DNA from: an uncultured virus (IMG/VR IMGVR_UViG_3300026522_000616)
Taxonomy: Duplodnaviria > Heunggongvirae > Uroviricota > Caudoviricetes
Direction: 5' to 3' (one strand)
Length of the DNA: 64,000 nt
Virus record (IMG/VR): IMGVR_UViG_3300026522_000616
Shown: positions 30,631 through 40,501 of the stretch, in pieces
Numbering within the stretch: position 1 is the stretch's first letter
Layout of the letters: every line of letters starts with the position of its first letter
Notes under the pieces: model-generated
Told to the model about the DNA's origin: nothing
Database searches by the model: none
Seen by the model: only the letters and a program-made list of their open reading frames with translations
Position numbers and translations under genes: made by a program

Positions 30631-31407
30631 TTATTTTAATAAATTAGCATTAATAGCTTGTACTTTATCTATAGATGTAAAACTTAATACTTCAGTAAAT
30701 GGAATCGTTTGCGCGATATAATCTCCTTCATCTTCTTGCATGGTTGTAATTATATCTTTTTGACATTCACCTGATGTATCTTCAGTAGCATCTACTGTAA
30801 TTGTACGAATAGTAGCTCTACCATCCATTTCAATTGGTTGTTTTGGAACTATCATAGAATTTAGAATGCCATTTGATGTTTTAACCATAAAACCATCTTT
30901 ATTTGTGATAGAACCTGAACCTGAAATTAAATATTCAGATTTATAAGAATATTTTCTTTCTATTTTAAAACGATTACGATTTTCTACTGTAATTACATAA
31001 TCATATATGCTTTTACCTGTAGTACCTTCTTTTGGTGTTTCATCATTAATTTCGATTCTTAATGTATTGATACCATTTGGACTGTTTTTAAATAATTCAT
31101 TATTTAATTCAAATGTTAATTTTGTATTTTTAATAATTGTATCCTGTTTTATATCTTCAGAAGAATTAAATGGGTTTTTAATAACAGGACTAATTTTAGT
31201 AAATGTATCATCTTCTACTAAAGCATTTTTAAAAGAAAGATGAATAGAATATCTATAACCACTAGGCACATCTAAATCGACTGTAACAGTACAATCATTA
31301 ATATTACTAGCCCAAAATGTTGATTGAGTAATATCTACGTTTGATATGGTAACAATAGATTTATCTTCTAATGTAGATTCTGCATCTTTTGTCTCTGTTT
31401 CGCTCAT
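30631..31407 (-). CDS. Hypothetical (probable structural) protein
   Basis: 258-aa ORF, RBS GAGGTG, heads the GLUG array. Confidence 0.6.
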   Translation of the reverse strand: MSETETKDAESTLEDKSIVTISNVDITQSTFWASNINDCTVTVDLDVPSGYRYSIHLSFKNALVEDDTFTKISPVIKNPFNSSEDIKQDTIIKNTKLTFELNNELFKNSPNGINTLRIEINDETPKEGTTGKSIYDYVITVENRNRFKIERKYSYKSEYLISGSGSITNKDGFMVKTSNGILNSMIVPKQPIEMDGRATIRTITVDATEDTSGECQKDIITTMQEDEGDYIAQTIPFTEVLSFTSIDKVQAINANLLK

Positions 31408-31733
31408 TTCGTTATCACCTCTTTATTTCGGTCAATCAATATTATTATACATCTATTTCATTTTATTTATTTGCCCATTTTCATTTATTCATTTTTATCT
31501 ATTTCATTTTACTAATATTCAAACTCTGCTTATATTCAATTAATATTATTATGCGATTATATCAATTGTTGTAATAACGGTTTTAAATTTATATGATTAT
31601 ATCAATTGTAATTTATCTTATAAAGACAACAAATTTATATAATCTATTTAATCCTTGTACAATCTGATTTAGATTAATTATACAAAAATATCAATTTAAC
31701 TAATATACATTGTTATTTATACAAGAAAATCGT

Positions 31734-32351
31734 TTATATAACATTCCAATGTATTTTAGAAGTAATATTAGATTTTAAAGAAATAGGATAAGAAAAATGT
31801 TTACTATCGTTTTTAATAAAATCAATCGTACCTGAAAAATCCTTATCACAAGAAATAGATAAGATAATCTGTAATGGTTGACCTTCTGTAATAGAAATAA
31901 TTGGTTTAATGAAAAATTTCATATCTTTGATAGTCAATTGAGTTTTATAGCCGAAATAGTAGCCTTTAATTTTTGGGGCAGTATCCAAATTAGAGCCATT
32001 GATATTCATAATAGCTTCTGCCTTTTTATAGGTAATAATGTCATTTACAAAATGAGATAAAGGATTAAGTGGATAATTCATATTATCAATAGAAATAGCG
32101 AATTGATAAGTATTACCTAAAAGACGAAAGATACCACCATTAGAATTAAAGAACAATTTAGCACCATTGCCAATTAAACCAAAGCGTTTTACTTTAGATT
32201 TATCAATAAATTGGAAAGGATTAGGTTCTTGTGTATTCAAATCGAATTCAGTTAAGCCATCACCTAAAAAATACTCAACCATCCAAATGAAAGGTTGAGT
32301 ATTAATTGGGGAAAATGGTTTAACTTCCTGAAAAGTTAATTTATTTTCCAT
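31734..32351 (-). CDS. Hypothetical protein
   Basis: 205-aa ORF with RBS. Confidence 0.6.
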   Translation of the reverse strand: MENKLTFQEVKPFSPINTQPFIWMVEYFLGDGLTEFDLNTQEPNPFQFIDKSKVKRFGLIGNGAKLFFNSNGGIFRLLGNTYQFAISIDNMNYPLNPLSHFVNDIITYKKAEAIMNINGSNLDTAPKIKGYYFGYKTQLTIKDMKFFIKPIISITEGQPLQIILSISCDKDFSGTIDFIKNDSKHFSYPISLKSNITSKIHWNVI

Positions 32352-32438
32352 TATTATATTTTCCCTTCATTTCATTGTATTGAAACTATGTTTTGTATTG
32401 AAACTTAATTTTATACATAAAAATCTTTTTTATAAAGA

Positions 32439-33002
32439 TTAGGTGTAGTAATAAATAATACGTGTCCATAAGGAGCGCGGACCAGCAGGGGCATTAGGAG
32501 GAACGGTGCATTTCAATTTAAATTTAGCGAAATTAGACACATCTGCTGAAATACTACCAGAATTAAATTTACCGCTAATGCAACCCTTATCCATACCTTG
32601 TGCAGAAAGCGGCCAGTTAGTAGAACCACCGATAGGGGTAAAATCTGTTTCAGGAGCTAAATCTTGACCTTCGGAATCTTTACCAATAGATTCACATTGA
32701 ACTTGAATCCAAGTATCCTTAACAACGTCACAGGATTCATCATCAGAAGTAGTAGTAATTTGAACGTCCTGCATATCAGAAACGGTATTATTTAAAACAT
32801 ATTTAGCCTTATCTTCATCTGTAGTTAATGCGAGGTATTCTGCATCTTTTGTAGGGTCTTTACCATTGAAGTTATTCCATAAATAAACTTCTTGTGTTTC
32901 AGATTCGTCTCCTGCGTTGATTTTACCAATATTCCAAGCATTGAATTTAACCATGTTACCACCATCTGCGTGATACCATGACACTTCAGGAGCTTTACTC
33001 AT
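32439..33002 (-). CDS. Hypothetical (probable structural) protein
   Basis: 187-aa beta-rich ORF, RBS GGTG. Confidence 0.6.
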   Translation of the reverse strand: MSKAPEVSWYHADGGNMVKFNAWNIGKINAGDESETQEVYLWNNFNGKDPTKDAEYLALTTDEDKAKYVLNNTVSDMQDVQITTTSDDESCDVVKDTWIQVQCESIGKDSEGQDLAPETDFTPIGGSTNWPLSAQGMDKGCISGKFNSGSISADVSNFAKFKLKCTVPPNAPAGPRSLWTRIIYYYT

Positions 33003-33023
33003 ATATAATCACCATCCATAAAT

Positions 33024-33632
33024 TTAATAATTATCGTTAGTTTGAATAACGATTTGAATTGTTAAATTATAAGTCATTTTATTTAATAATTTTTTATCTT
33101 CAGGGGTACAAGAAATGAAATTGATACGGAATAAATCATTTTCATTTACAATATCATTTTTAATGTGATATGAATTATCCTGAAAATTTTGAGAATTAGG
33201 AATTATTACATTTTTATCTAAAATATTTTGCCAATAAGAGATAGAAAACTCTATAGGAATAATATTAGAAGTAACAATATTTTTTCCTTCATTTACTTCA
33301 GAAGAAGAAGTAGGAATTTGAGTAGAAGGAGGAGAAAAAGATTTTTTAAAATCTTTTTCCGAACATTTTTCTACGGAAAAAATTGTATCTACAATAGATG
33401 AATTTGTACAATAAGCATCTATGCGTTTAATAATTCCATTAAAAGGGAACTTATAAAAAGAACCAATTCTACCTTCAGTAATTGAGGGGTAAATGAATGT
33501 GATGATTTTTTCTGTGCGCTTATTTAAATCGAAAGCGTGTTCAATACTATCCTTATCTATTTGGTTCACATGGATTAATTTAGGAGATTGAGCCATATTA
33601 ATATCACATCCGTATACATTAAAATTTTTCAT
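33024..33632 (-). CDS. Hypothetical protein
   Basis: 202-aa ORF; PKLIHVNQID resembles the LINLxQI motif. Confidence 0.5.
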   Translation of the reverse strand: MKNFNVYGCDINMAQSPKLIHVNQIDKDSIEHAFDLNKRTEKIITFIYPSITEGRIGSFYKFPFNGIIKRIDAYCTNSSIVDTIFSVEKCSEKDFKKSFSPPSTQIPTSSSEVNEGKNIVTSNIIPIEFSISYWQNILDKNVIIPNSQNFQDNSYHIKNDIVNENDLFRINFISCTPEDKKLLNKMTYNLTIQIVIQTNDNY

Positions 33633-33650
33633 ATCTAAAGTATAAATAAT

Positions 33651-33794
33651 TTACAAGTTAGATTTAATTATCATATAGATATGATTGATTTTTTTAACTA
33701 TATCAAAAGCATCTTGTGAAAATAAGAAAATTCCTAAAATAATTAATATAAATACAATTTCTACGGAAGAAATGACGAATAGTAAATCAAGCAT
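33651..33794 (-). CDS. Possible small membrane protein (47 aa, below ORF-track cutoff)
   Basis: MLDLLFVISSVEIVFILIILGIFLFSQ...; fills the gap between co-directional genes, weak RBS. Confidence 0.3.
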   Translation of the reverse strand: MLDLLFVISSVEIVFILIILGIFLFSQDAFDIVKKINHIYMIIKSNL

Positions 33795-33834
33795 AATAAC
33801 ATCACAGTTTTTTAAACTTTAATTAAGATTCGAT

Positions 33835-35301
33835 TTATGTATTGGAGCTTTCTTCTGTAGATGGAGTAGTTGGAGGGATATAAACAGTTTTAGAAGAATC
33901 TGCTAAATATTCACAAACCACTTCAAAATTGTCATCTAAATCAAAACCATTGTTTGCCTGTGTAAATTTCCACGTTAAAGTAGGTTGATAACCTAAATTA
34001 CCATCTACTGCTTTTGTAGTTCTATCTATGTCAAAATAAGTAGATTCAAAATAACGAATACCATTAATATAGCAAGCTACTTTTTTATCTGTAGGAACGT
34101 TAGAAAGATTAAAAACAGTTTGGTTTGCAGTTGGAGTAAATTCATCTGTAATATAGGAAGTAGAAGTATTTAATTTTTCTTCAACTGCTTTTAATCTACT
34201 TTCTAAATCTTCTGTAATGCTTTCTAATGCTTGTTGAATAGAAGCATCAGCGACCATAGCGACGATTTGAGATTGTAAATCTTCATCTTTTGCTACATTT
34301 TTAGATAATTCATAAATAGCATTTGTATTAGCTATATTTGTCATTTCTGAATTATCTATTAAGTAATCTTCATTTAATTCACCAATGGTAGTTGTTTCGA
34401 TAGGATAGAACTTATAAAAACAACTTTTAGCACTAGTTGAATCTGTGGCAGGTACGAAAGGTTGTGATGGTAATGGAGTAGATACTTCTGTATAAGACGT
34501 ATAAGAATAATCTGCCGTATAAGTAGCAGCTACATCTTGTTCTTGACGGAAGATAACTTTACCTGCGATAGCTTTTAAATAATAATTTTTATTTGGAATA
34601 ATATTACCATTTAAATCTTTTAAAACAAAGCCTGTAGAAGAAATATATCTATTAGATAAGGTTAAAGTTTTCTTGTCTGATTCAATAGTAACAGATTCAC
34701 CTGTAACGGTATCAACAGTTTTCTTTTCTTTGAATGAGCAAGGAACATCGGATAGTTCATAAGTAATCTTATTTGTTGCTGAGTCTTTAGAAAAAGAAAT
34801 TGTAATATTCTGTTTAAAAGAATTTAAAACGGGTTGATTGTTACAAGTATATACAGGATACTCTTTGTTTAAAGTAATTTTCTTTAATTCATCATTAGAT
34901 AATTTAATGTTTTCTAAATCATTATCTAAATTAGATATAGTACTTGTAGAGATTAATTCATCGGATTGTTGATTTGTTAATTTAATTAAAGTAATGTCTG
35001 ATTTAGAATTATAACCTGCAATCCATAATCTTACATAGTCTTGAACAGGTTTATCTGTGATAGTTTTGACTGCGTTTTTAATGCGGTCGTTAATAGAACC
35101 TTCTCCACCATCACCATTTAACTTATCCATATCAGATTTCAATTCTGCAAGTAGTTCTTGTGCTGTGTAGGTATCTGTACTAGCTTTTTTATTGATAGTA
35201 GTAGTTACTTTATCAGCAGGATAAGATTTTTGGATGGTTTCAATGGCTTGTTGGAGAGCTTTACCACCTTTAATTTGAGAAAGGTTAATCAAGTTAGCCA
35301 T
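33835..35301 (-). CDS. Putative virion structural protein
   Basis: LINLSQIKGGKAL N-terminus, coiled-coil stretches, C-terminal F.L...P....V..YINGIRY domain. Confidence 0.6.
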   Translation of the reverse strand: MANLINLSQIKGGKALQQAIETIQKSYPADKVTTTINKKASTDTYTAQELLAELKSDMDKLNGDGGEGSINDRIKNAVKTITDKPVQDYVRLWIAGYNSKSDITLIKLTNQQSDELISTSTISNLDNDLENIKLSNDELKKITLNKEYPVYTCNNQPVLNSFKQNITISFSKDSATNKITYELSDVPCSFKEKKTVDTVTGESVTIESDKKTLTLSNRYISSTGFVLKDLNGNIIPNKNYYLKAIAGKVIFRQEQDVAATYTADYSYTSYTEVSTPLPSQPFVPATDSTSAKSCFYKFYPIETTTIGELNEDYLIDNSEMTNIANTNAIYELSKNVAKDEDLQSQIVAMVADASIQQALESITEDLESRLKAVEEKLNTSTSYITDEFTPTANQTVFNLSNVPTDKKVACYINGIRYFESTYFDIDRTTKAVDGNLGYQPTLTWKFTQANNGFDLDDNFEVVCEYLADSSKTVYIPPTTPSTEESSNT

Positions 35302-35468
35302 ATAATTTCACCTCTTTCTATTTATTTAAATACTTATCTCATTTGAAATATAATGTAATTATTGTGTTTTATAAACCTTTTTCTGATGTATAATATAATT
35401 AGGAATAAAAAATTCAGATAAAATTTTTAGTACGAAAGAACCATTGTTAAAAGGATGGTGTAATATAT

Positions 35469-36083
35469 TTGAAACGTTTAATTAAATTCGCAAAGCCGAG
35501 ACGGTCAAGAAAATCTATTATTTTGACTATGAAATATACATTAAAAATAAAAGAAACAGATGCAGATAAAATCAAAAAAATAAGAGAAATGTTTATTTCA
35601 TGGATGAGAGATAAATTTAGTACATGGGACGATACAGTTTTACAATATTTCCTTTATGATACACATACAGAACAAAATGATAAAGATGATAGGCTTGAAT
35701 TAGAAGGTCATTTAGATAAAATTTTACAAGATGAAGAAGATATATATAAGCCAATTGTAATCACAATGAAATATGTTTTAGATATTCATGAAGATAACGA
35801 TGAAGAAAATAAACGTATAGGAAAGAAATTTATTGCATGGATGAGAGATAAATTCAGTAAGTGGAATCAAACAATTTTGGATTATTGCTTTTATGATAAT
35901 AATTTGAGATATGAAGAAGATAAAGAAGATTTGGTATTAACAAGTCATTTAAATACAATTTTAAAAGACGATTGTACACATATGGAAAATCGTGAAATAG
36001 AAGAAATGAATTTGAATAATGATAACAAAGATACTTCTTCTAGTGAAAGTACTGCTACGCCTGAAATAAGTGAGGAATTATAA
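35469..36083 (+). CDS. Hypothetical protein with internal ~75-aa tandem duplication
   Basis: TMKY.L.I.E...FI.WMRDKFS.W..T.L.Y..YD...L.L..HL..IL.D occurs twice. Confidence 0.7.
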   Translation: MKRLIKFAKPRRSRKSIILTMKYTLKIKETDADKIKKIREMFISWMRDKFSTWDDTVLQYFLYDTHTEQNDKDDRLELEGHLDKILQDEEDIYKPIVITMKYVLDIHEDNDEENKRIGKKFIAWMRDKFSKWNQTILDYCFYDNNLRYEEDKEDLVLTSHLNTILKDDCTHMENREIEEMNLNNDNKDTSSSESTATPEISEEL

Positions 36084-36361
36084 TGAGTGGAATAGCGATT
36101 GTTTTTAATACAATAATACATTTTGATGTATTTTTCGGTGATTGTGTGATGTATCTCATGTTACCATTTATATCTTTCTTTATTTTTTTTGATAAAGAAA
36201 TGGGAGTATTTAGGACATCAGTAAAAAATATTACCTTATTATTATGTGCAGATAAACATTTTGAATTAGGGGTAAAAACTAATAAAGGTAATATTTATAT
36301 TATGATTGGATTTGTAGGAGTATATATTTTACATAATTTAAATTTAAATATAAAACAATAA
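36083..36361 (+). CDS. Small hydrophobic hypothetical protein
   Basis: TAATG coupling to upstream gene; hydrophobic segments. Confidence 0.45.
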   Translation: MSGIAIVFNTIIHFDVFFGDCVMYLMLPFISFFIFFDKEMGVFRTSVKNITLLLCADKHFELGVKTNKGNIYIMIGFVGVYILHNLNLNIKQ

Positions 36362-36377
36362 AAGTTAGGTGATATAA

Positions 36378-38603
36378 ATGGCGCAAGAGTTATCCTTATT
36401 AGGACTTTTTAATAAATTAGCACAACAACAAACAATATATGGAGAAAAAATAGAATTTTTATATGACTTATTTAATTCTAATTTTCAAATACCTAGTGGC
36501 GTAAGTAATACAAATGATTCGCCTGGTTTGTGGCCAGATACAGGATTAAATGTTTATATGATTTTACCTGAATATAATTTAGCAGAAAATCTTTGTACAT
36601 CAGGTATTTTGTTTAATATTGGTAAAGGAAGATATAAATATCAATTCATGGTTGTACAAAACGATGAATTGAAACCAATTAAAAACGGTAAATTATATTA
36701 TCGTTATGCAAAACCATCTAGTAATGTATGGTCAGGGTGGAAACGTTGGTTATATTCTTATGAATTAACAGGCGGTAAGGATGAAAACGGTAATCGCTAT
36801 ACAGATGATTTTGGAAAAGGATTAACAGATACAGAAGATATGAATCCTGATGATAATCCAAATAATATTTATGGAATATTAAAAACAATTAAAATTCATG
36901 CTTCGTATCAAGCAGATAAATTAGCTACACCAAGAAAAATTAAATTAACAGGTTTTGTTGATGGTGAAGAATATTTTGATGGTTCAAGAGATATTCAAAT
37001 TGATACAACAACAAAATTTGGTAAAGATTTCGTTCCAATTAATGTACAGATTAATGCAGGATATAGAACAACGAATGAATATCATTTAATCGCCACATTA
37101 CCACAATCTACATCAGAAACATATGATTATATTATGATTGTTGGTCATATAGGCGGTTGGGAAACAAATCAAGGTAAAGCATGGTTTACTTGTGATATGA
37201 GTAATCGTACAGATTTTGTGGCTAATGGTTTAGTTGTCGGTACATTGGGTGAAAATACAATTGTTGCTTATAAAACAAGTACAGGTAAAGTAAATGTTTA
37301 TTTAAAACTTCATGCATGGGCAGATGATATTAAATTATCTGTTTATGGTAGTGACCAAGTAATAAAATCGGATACAATTGGTGCGCCTGATTCAACAGAG
37401 ACATTAATTTGGGATTTAAAAAATAAAAATGTACGTGTAGCAGATGGTGTAGTGTATGGTTATCTAAAAGGTACGGCAGATAAAGCATTAGATTCTGATA
37501 CATCAACAAATGTTAAAATACAGAATAATGCTTTGGGATATATTATTTATCCAACAGGCATTAATAAAGGTGATATAAGCAAAACACATCCTGATTTGTT
37601 GTATAACGCAAATGTATATATTGATGCTTCAGGTACACTTCATGCAAAAAATATAGAAGCAAATGTTACAGGTAATATTACTTCATCTAATATGTCTGAT
37701 AAATCACATTTGGTTGAAGTAATAAATAATAATAGTAAAATCCATCCATTAGGTGTATTACCTTCTGAAACGGTTTGGTCTAAACCAAATTTTAATACAA
37801 CATTTTATTATATGGGTTCTTATTTTAAATCGGATACAGGTAATATTGAATGTGTGAATATCACTTCTAATGGTACATTAAAAGTAAATAATTTATTAGA
37901 TTTTGCAGATGGTAAAGGTATTACATTAAAGGAACATAATTTCCTCCATTGTGAAAATTGTGATGATGTTAAATTTAGAAAAATTACCATGACAAGTGTT
38001 GGTACTGCACCTGAAATTGATATGGGTTATAAAGGAATGATTCGATTTACTTCTTCACAGGGAGCACATAATTCTGTTATTTTAGGTTATGGTGAAAATA
38101 CTTATACTTATCCTGATAATTTAAGGTCTGATTTGGCTTGTTTGCCAATTACAGGTTCTTTAAAACCAAATCGTGTATATAATGCAGTTTATAATGACTT
38201 TGCAGAATTGTTCCCATGTGATGTAGAAAAAGTAAAATGCGTTCCTGGTGATGTATTAATGTTAGATATATCATCAGATAAAGAAACTTATATTAAATCT
38301 ACAGAAAATGCAAAATGTGTAGCTGGTGTTGTATCAGATACCTATGGTTATTTAATGGGAGGAGACGATACATTACCCCCTGAAGAACAAGCAAAAAGAT
38401 TTATTCCTATTGGGTTGGCAGGACGTGTTAATGTAAATGTAATAGGTCGTGTACAAAAAGGTGATAAATTAGTGGCTACAGATGATGGTTGTGCTAGGGT
38501 TTATCGTCAAGGAATAGATGATGTATCTGATATAATTGGTTATTTACTTGAATCAGATGATAAAGTGAATAAACGTAGATTAAAGATGAAAATACGTTCC
38601 TAA
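36378..38603 (+). CDS. Tail fibre/spike with C-terminal peptidase_G2/IMC-like chaperone domain
   Basis: ADKLATPRKI.L.G...G...FDGS.DI.I motif; C-terminal YNDFAELF...AGVVS...PIGLAGRV.V...G.V.KGD.L. Confidence 0.75.
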   Translation: MAQELSLLGLFNKLAQQQTIYGEKIEFLYDLFNSNFQIPSGVSNTNDSPGLWPDTGLNVYMILPEYNLAENLCTSGILFNIGKGRYKYQFMVVQNDELKPIKNGKLYYRYAKPSSNVWSGWKRWLYSYELTGGKDENGNRYTDDFGKGLTDTEDMNPDDNPNNIYGILKTIKIHASYQADKLATPRKIKLTGFVDGEEYFDGSRDIQIDTTTKFGKDFVPINVQINAGYRTTNEYHLIATLPQSTSETYDYIMIVGHIGGWETNQGKAWFTCDMSNRTDFVANGLVVGTLGENTIVAYKTSTGKVNVYLKLHAWADDIKLSVYGSDQVIKSDTIGAPDSTETLIWDLKNKNVRVADGVVYGYLKGTADKALDSDTSTNVKIQNNALGYIIYPTGINKGDISKTHPDLLYNANVYIDASGTLHAKNIEANVTGNITSSNMSDKSHLVEVINNNSKIHPLGVLPSETVWSKPNFNTTFYYMGSYFKSDTGNIECVNITSNGTLKVNNLLDFADGKGITLKEHNFLHCENCDDVKFRKITMTSVGTAPEIDMGYKGMIRFTSSQGAHNSVILGYGENTYTYPDNLRSDLACLPITGSLKPNRVYNAVYNDFAELFPCDVEKVKCVPGDVLMLDISSDKETYIKSTENAKCVAGVVSDTYGYLMGGDDTLPPEEQAKRFIPIGLAGRVNVNVIGRVQKGDKLVATDDGCARVYRQGIDDVSDIIGYLLESDDKVNKRRLKMKIRS

Positions 38604-38609
38604 TAAATG

Positions 38610-38642
38610 AAAAGATACTACTAAAATGTAGTATCTTTTTTT
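38610..38642 (+). terminator. Intrinsic terminator
   Basis: AAAAGATACTAC-TAAAAT-GTAGTATCTTTT TT. Confidence 0.8.
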
Positions 38643-38779
38643 ATATGAAAATAGTCTGAAAATAGTCTAATTATATTTTACAGTATCAATAATGTTATGT
38701 TTATCAGTTTCAATACTATTATTTTTTGTATATTTTTAGATATTCATATAGTGTAAGACATTTGCGAGGTGATATTAAT

Positions 38780-39463
38780 ATGTCAGAAATTTCTACAATA
38801 ACAAGCGTTTCAAAACAATATGAATCTAGTGGAGACTGTTCAACGGTTTCTACAGGTTCAGGTGATTTAGGTGGTATTAGCTATGGTAGTTATCAATTAT
38901 CAAGTAATGCAGGTTCAGTAGATAGTTTTTTAGATTTTGCGCAAAATTATCCGGATGATGCATTGGCTAATTATGGTAGAACTTTAGCTCAATATGAAGT
39001 TAATTCACAAGAATTTATAAATACATGGGAAGAAATAGGACAAGCTGACCCTGATGGTTTTGGAGAACTTCAAGATGCTTATGCTATGGAGGTTTATTAC
39101 AATCCATCTTGTATAAAATTACAAGCAAATTATTATAATGTTAGTACAAAAAGTATTGCTATGAAAGCCTGTGTGTTTTCTCGTGCTATTCAATATGGTT
39201 CAGGGAATATGGTAGAATTATTCAATAATGCTTGTCAACGTTTAGGATATGATAATTTATCTTATGTAGACGATGCTAGATTTGATTATAATATGATTGC
39301 AAGTGTCTATGATTTCTTAATTGATGAATGTGACAATTCTTATCAAACATCTAATGGATTATATCATTCTCCTAATGATTGGTGTAATGGAAGTTGGGAT
39401 GTAATTTGTGGATTAAGAAATCGTTTCATAAATGAAAAGTCTCAATTATTGAATATGTTATGA
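38780..39463 (+). CDS. Lysozyme-like peptidoglycan hydrolase (VgrG3 C-terminal-like), candidate endolysin
   Basis: SKQYES.G...VSTG.GD.GG.SYGSYQL motif, later S.A.QYG and GL.NRF..E; ATG 38780 follows GAGGTG. Confidence 0.7.
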   Translation: MSEISTITSVSKQYESSGDCSTVSTGSGDLGGISYGSYQLSSNAGSVDSFLDFAQNYPDDALANYGRTLAQYEVNSQEFINTWEEIGQADPDGFGELQDAYAMEVYYNPSCIKLQANYYNVSTKSIAMKACVFSRAIQYGSGNMVELFNNACQRLGYDNLSYVDDARFDYNMIASVYDFLIDECDNSYQTSNGLYHSPNDWCNGSWDVICGLRNRFINEKSQLLNML

Positions 39464-39768
39464 TTTCATATTGTAATTTGAAGCTATTGGTAGTTTTGAA
39501 TTGCCAATAGCTTTTTTGTTTGATTTGAGACTAGAAATGTGGTATAATATGTACAAGGATAACAATATCTGATTGCACATATTGGTTGAATTAAATACAT
39601 TGATTGTATTTTTATATTTCTTCGTGATAGTCTTATTGTTTGAAGCACATATTAATAAGTCTGCTTTATTTGAGATAATAAAGCAAGGTATTAATAATAA
39701 TAAGATGATATATAAAAGTAATGTGTCCTTTCAATTGTATTTGATTTGTATACGAACGGAGGACGAGA

Positions 39769-40395
39769 ATGATTAGTACAGATAGTAGATTAACAAAGAA
39801 AATTGTCAACGGAATTAAAAATTACAAACTGCTTTATGTAGTGGGTGCATTTGGATTGTGTGGATTATCTTATTCAGGATATTCTTTACATAATGTAGCA
39901 GAAGCGCAGATTGCTAATGAACAAATGATTCAAATGCAAAATGAACAACTAGAACAAAGTAATCAGCAAATGGCAGACATTCGTACACAAGTTCAACAAA
40001 TTTCCCAAGATGTTGAAATTGAAAAAGCAAACGCAGAAAACCTAGAACTAGAAGAACAGAAAGCGAAAGAAGCAGAATTAAAAAAAGTTCAATCATCTAT
40101 TCCTTATAATTCTTCTAATAGTGGGAATGTATATACAGTAGAAGTTACGTATTATACAACCGCAGGTGATGAAGGTAGTGGAACAGGAATTACTGCAAGT
40201 GGCGCATATGCTACAGTAGGTCGTACAGTGGCTTGTAATTTTTTGCCGTTAGGTACACGGGTTAGAATCGACGGGGAAATATTCGTTGTAGAGGACAGAG
40301 GTGGCATGGGCTACGGGGTAGTTGATATTCTCGTTGGTAGTAAATCAGAAGCCTTTGCTCGTGGTAGACATTCTGCAACTATGACAGTACTTTGA
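39769..40395 (+). CDS. Membrane-anchored 3D-domain cell-wall protein
   Basis: N-terminal TM helix, coiled coil, VTYY..G.TASG..GRTVA...P.GT.V.I...VEDRGG...DI. Confidence 0.85.
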   Translation: MISTDSRLTKKIVNGIKNYKLLYVVGAFGLCGLSYSGYSLHNVAEAQIANEQMIQMQNEQLEQSNQQMADIRTQVQQISQDVEIEKANAENLELEEQKAKEAELKKVQSSIPYNSSNSGNVYTVEVTYYTTAGDEGSGTGITASGAYATVGRTVACNFLPLGTRVRIDGEIFVVEDRGGMGYGVVDILVGSKSEAFARGRHSATMTVL

Positions 40396-40432
40396 TTAAA
40401 ATGGAAGGTAATTATACCTTCCATTTTTTTAT

Positions 40433-40461
40433 TAGACAATATACTATTTTTTTGATATAAT
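40433..40461 (+). promoter_or_regulatory. sigmaA-like promoter for dnaE N-half
   Basis: TAGACA-N17-TATAAT with extended TG. Confidence 0.7.
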
Positions 40462-40501
40462 AGATTCAAAATAAGTTAAAGTATAAAGAGAGGTATATAT
40501 A

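Noticed and set aside
31410..32405. Possible CRISPR mini-array from short direct repeats
   Set aside because: Only two copies each, 13-15 bp, irregular spacing, no cas genes
39573..39776. 67-aa hydrophobic ORF as a possible holin
   Set aside because: TTG start without a convincing RBS; may be leader sequence of the 3D gene; insufficient support
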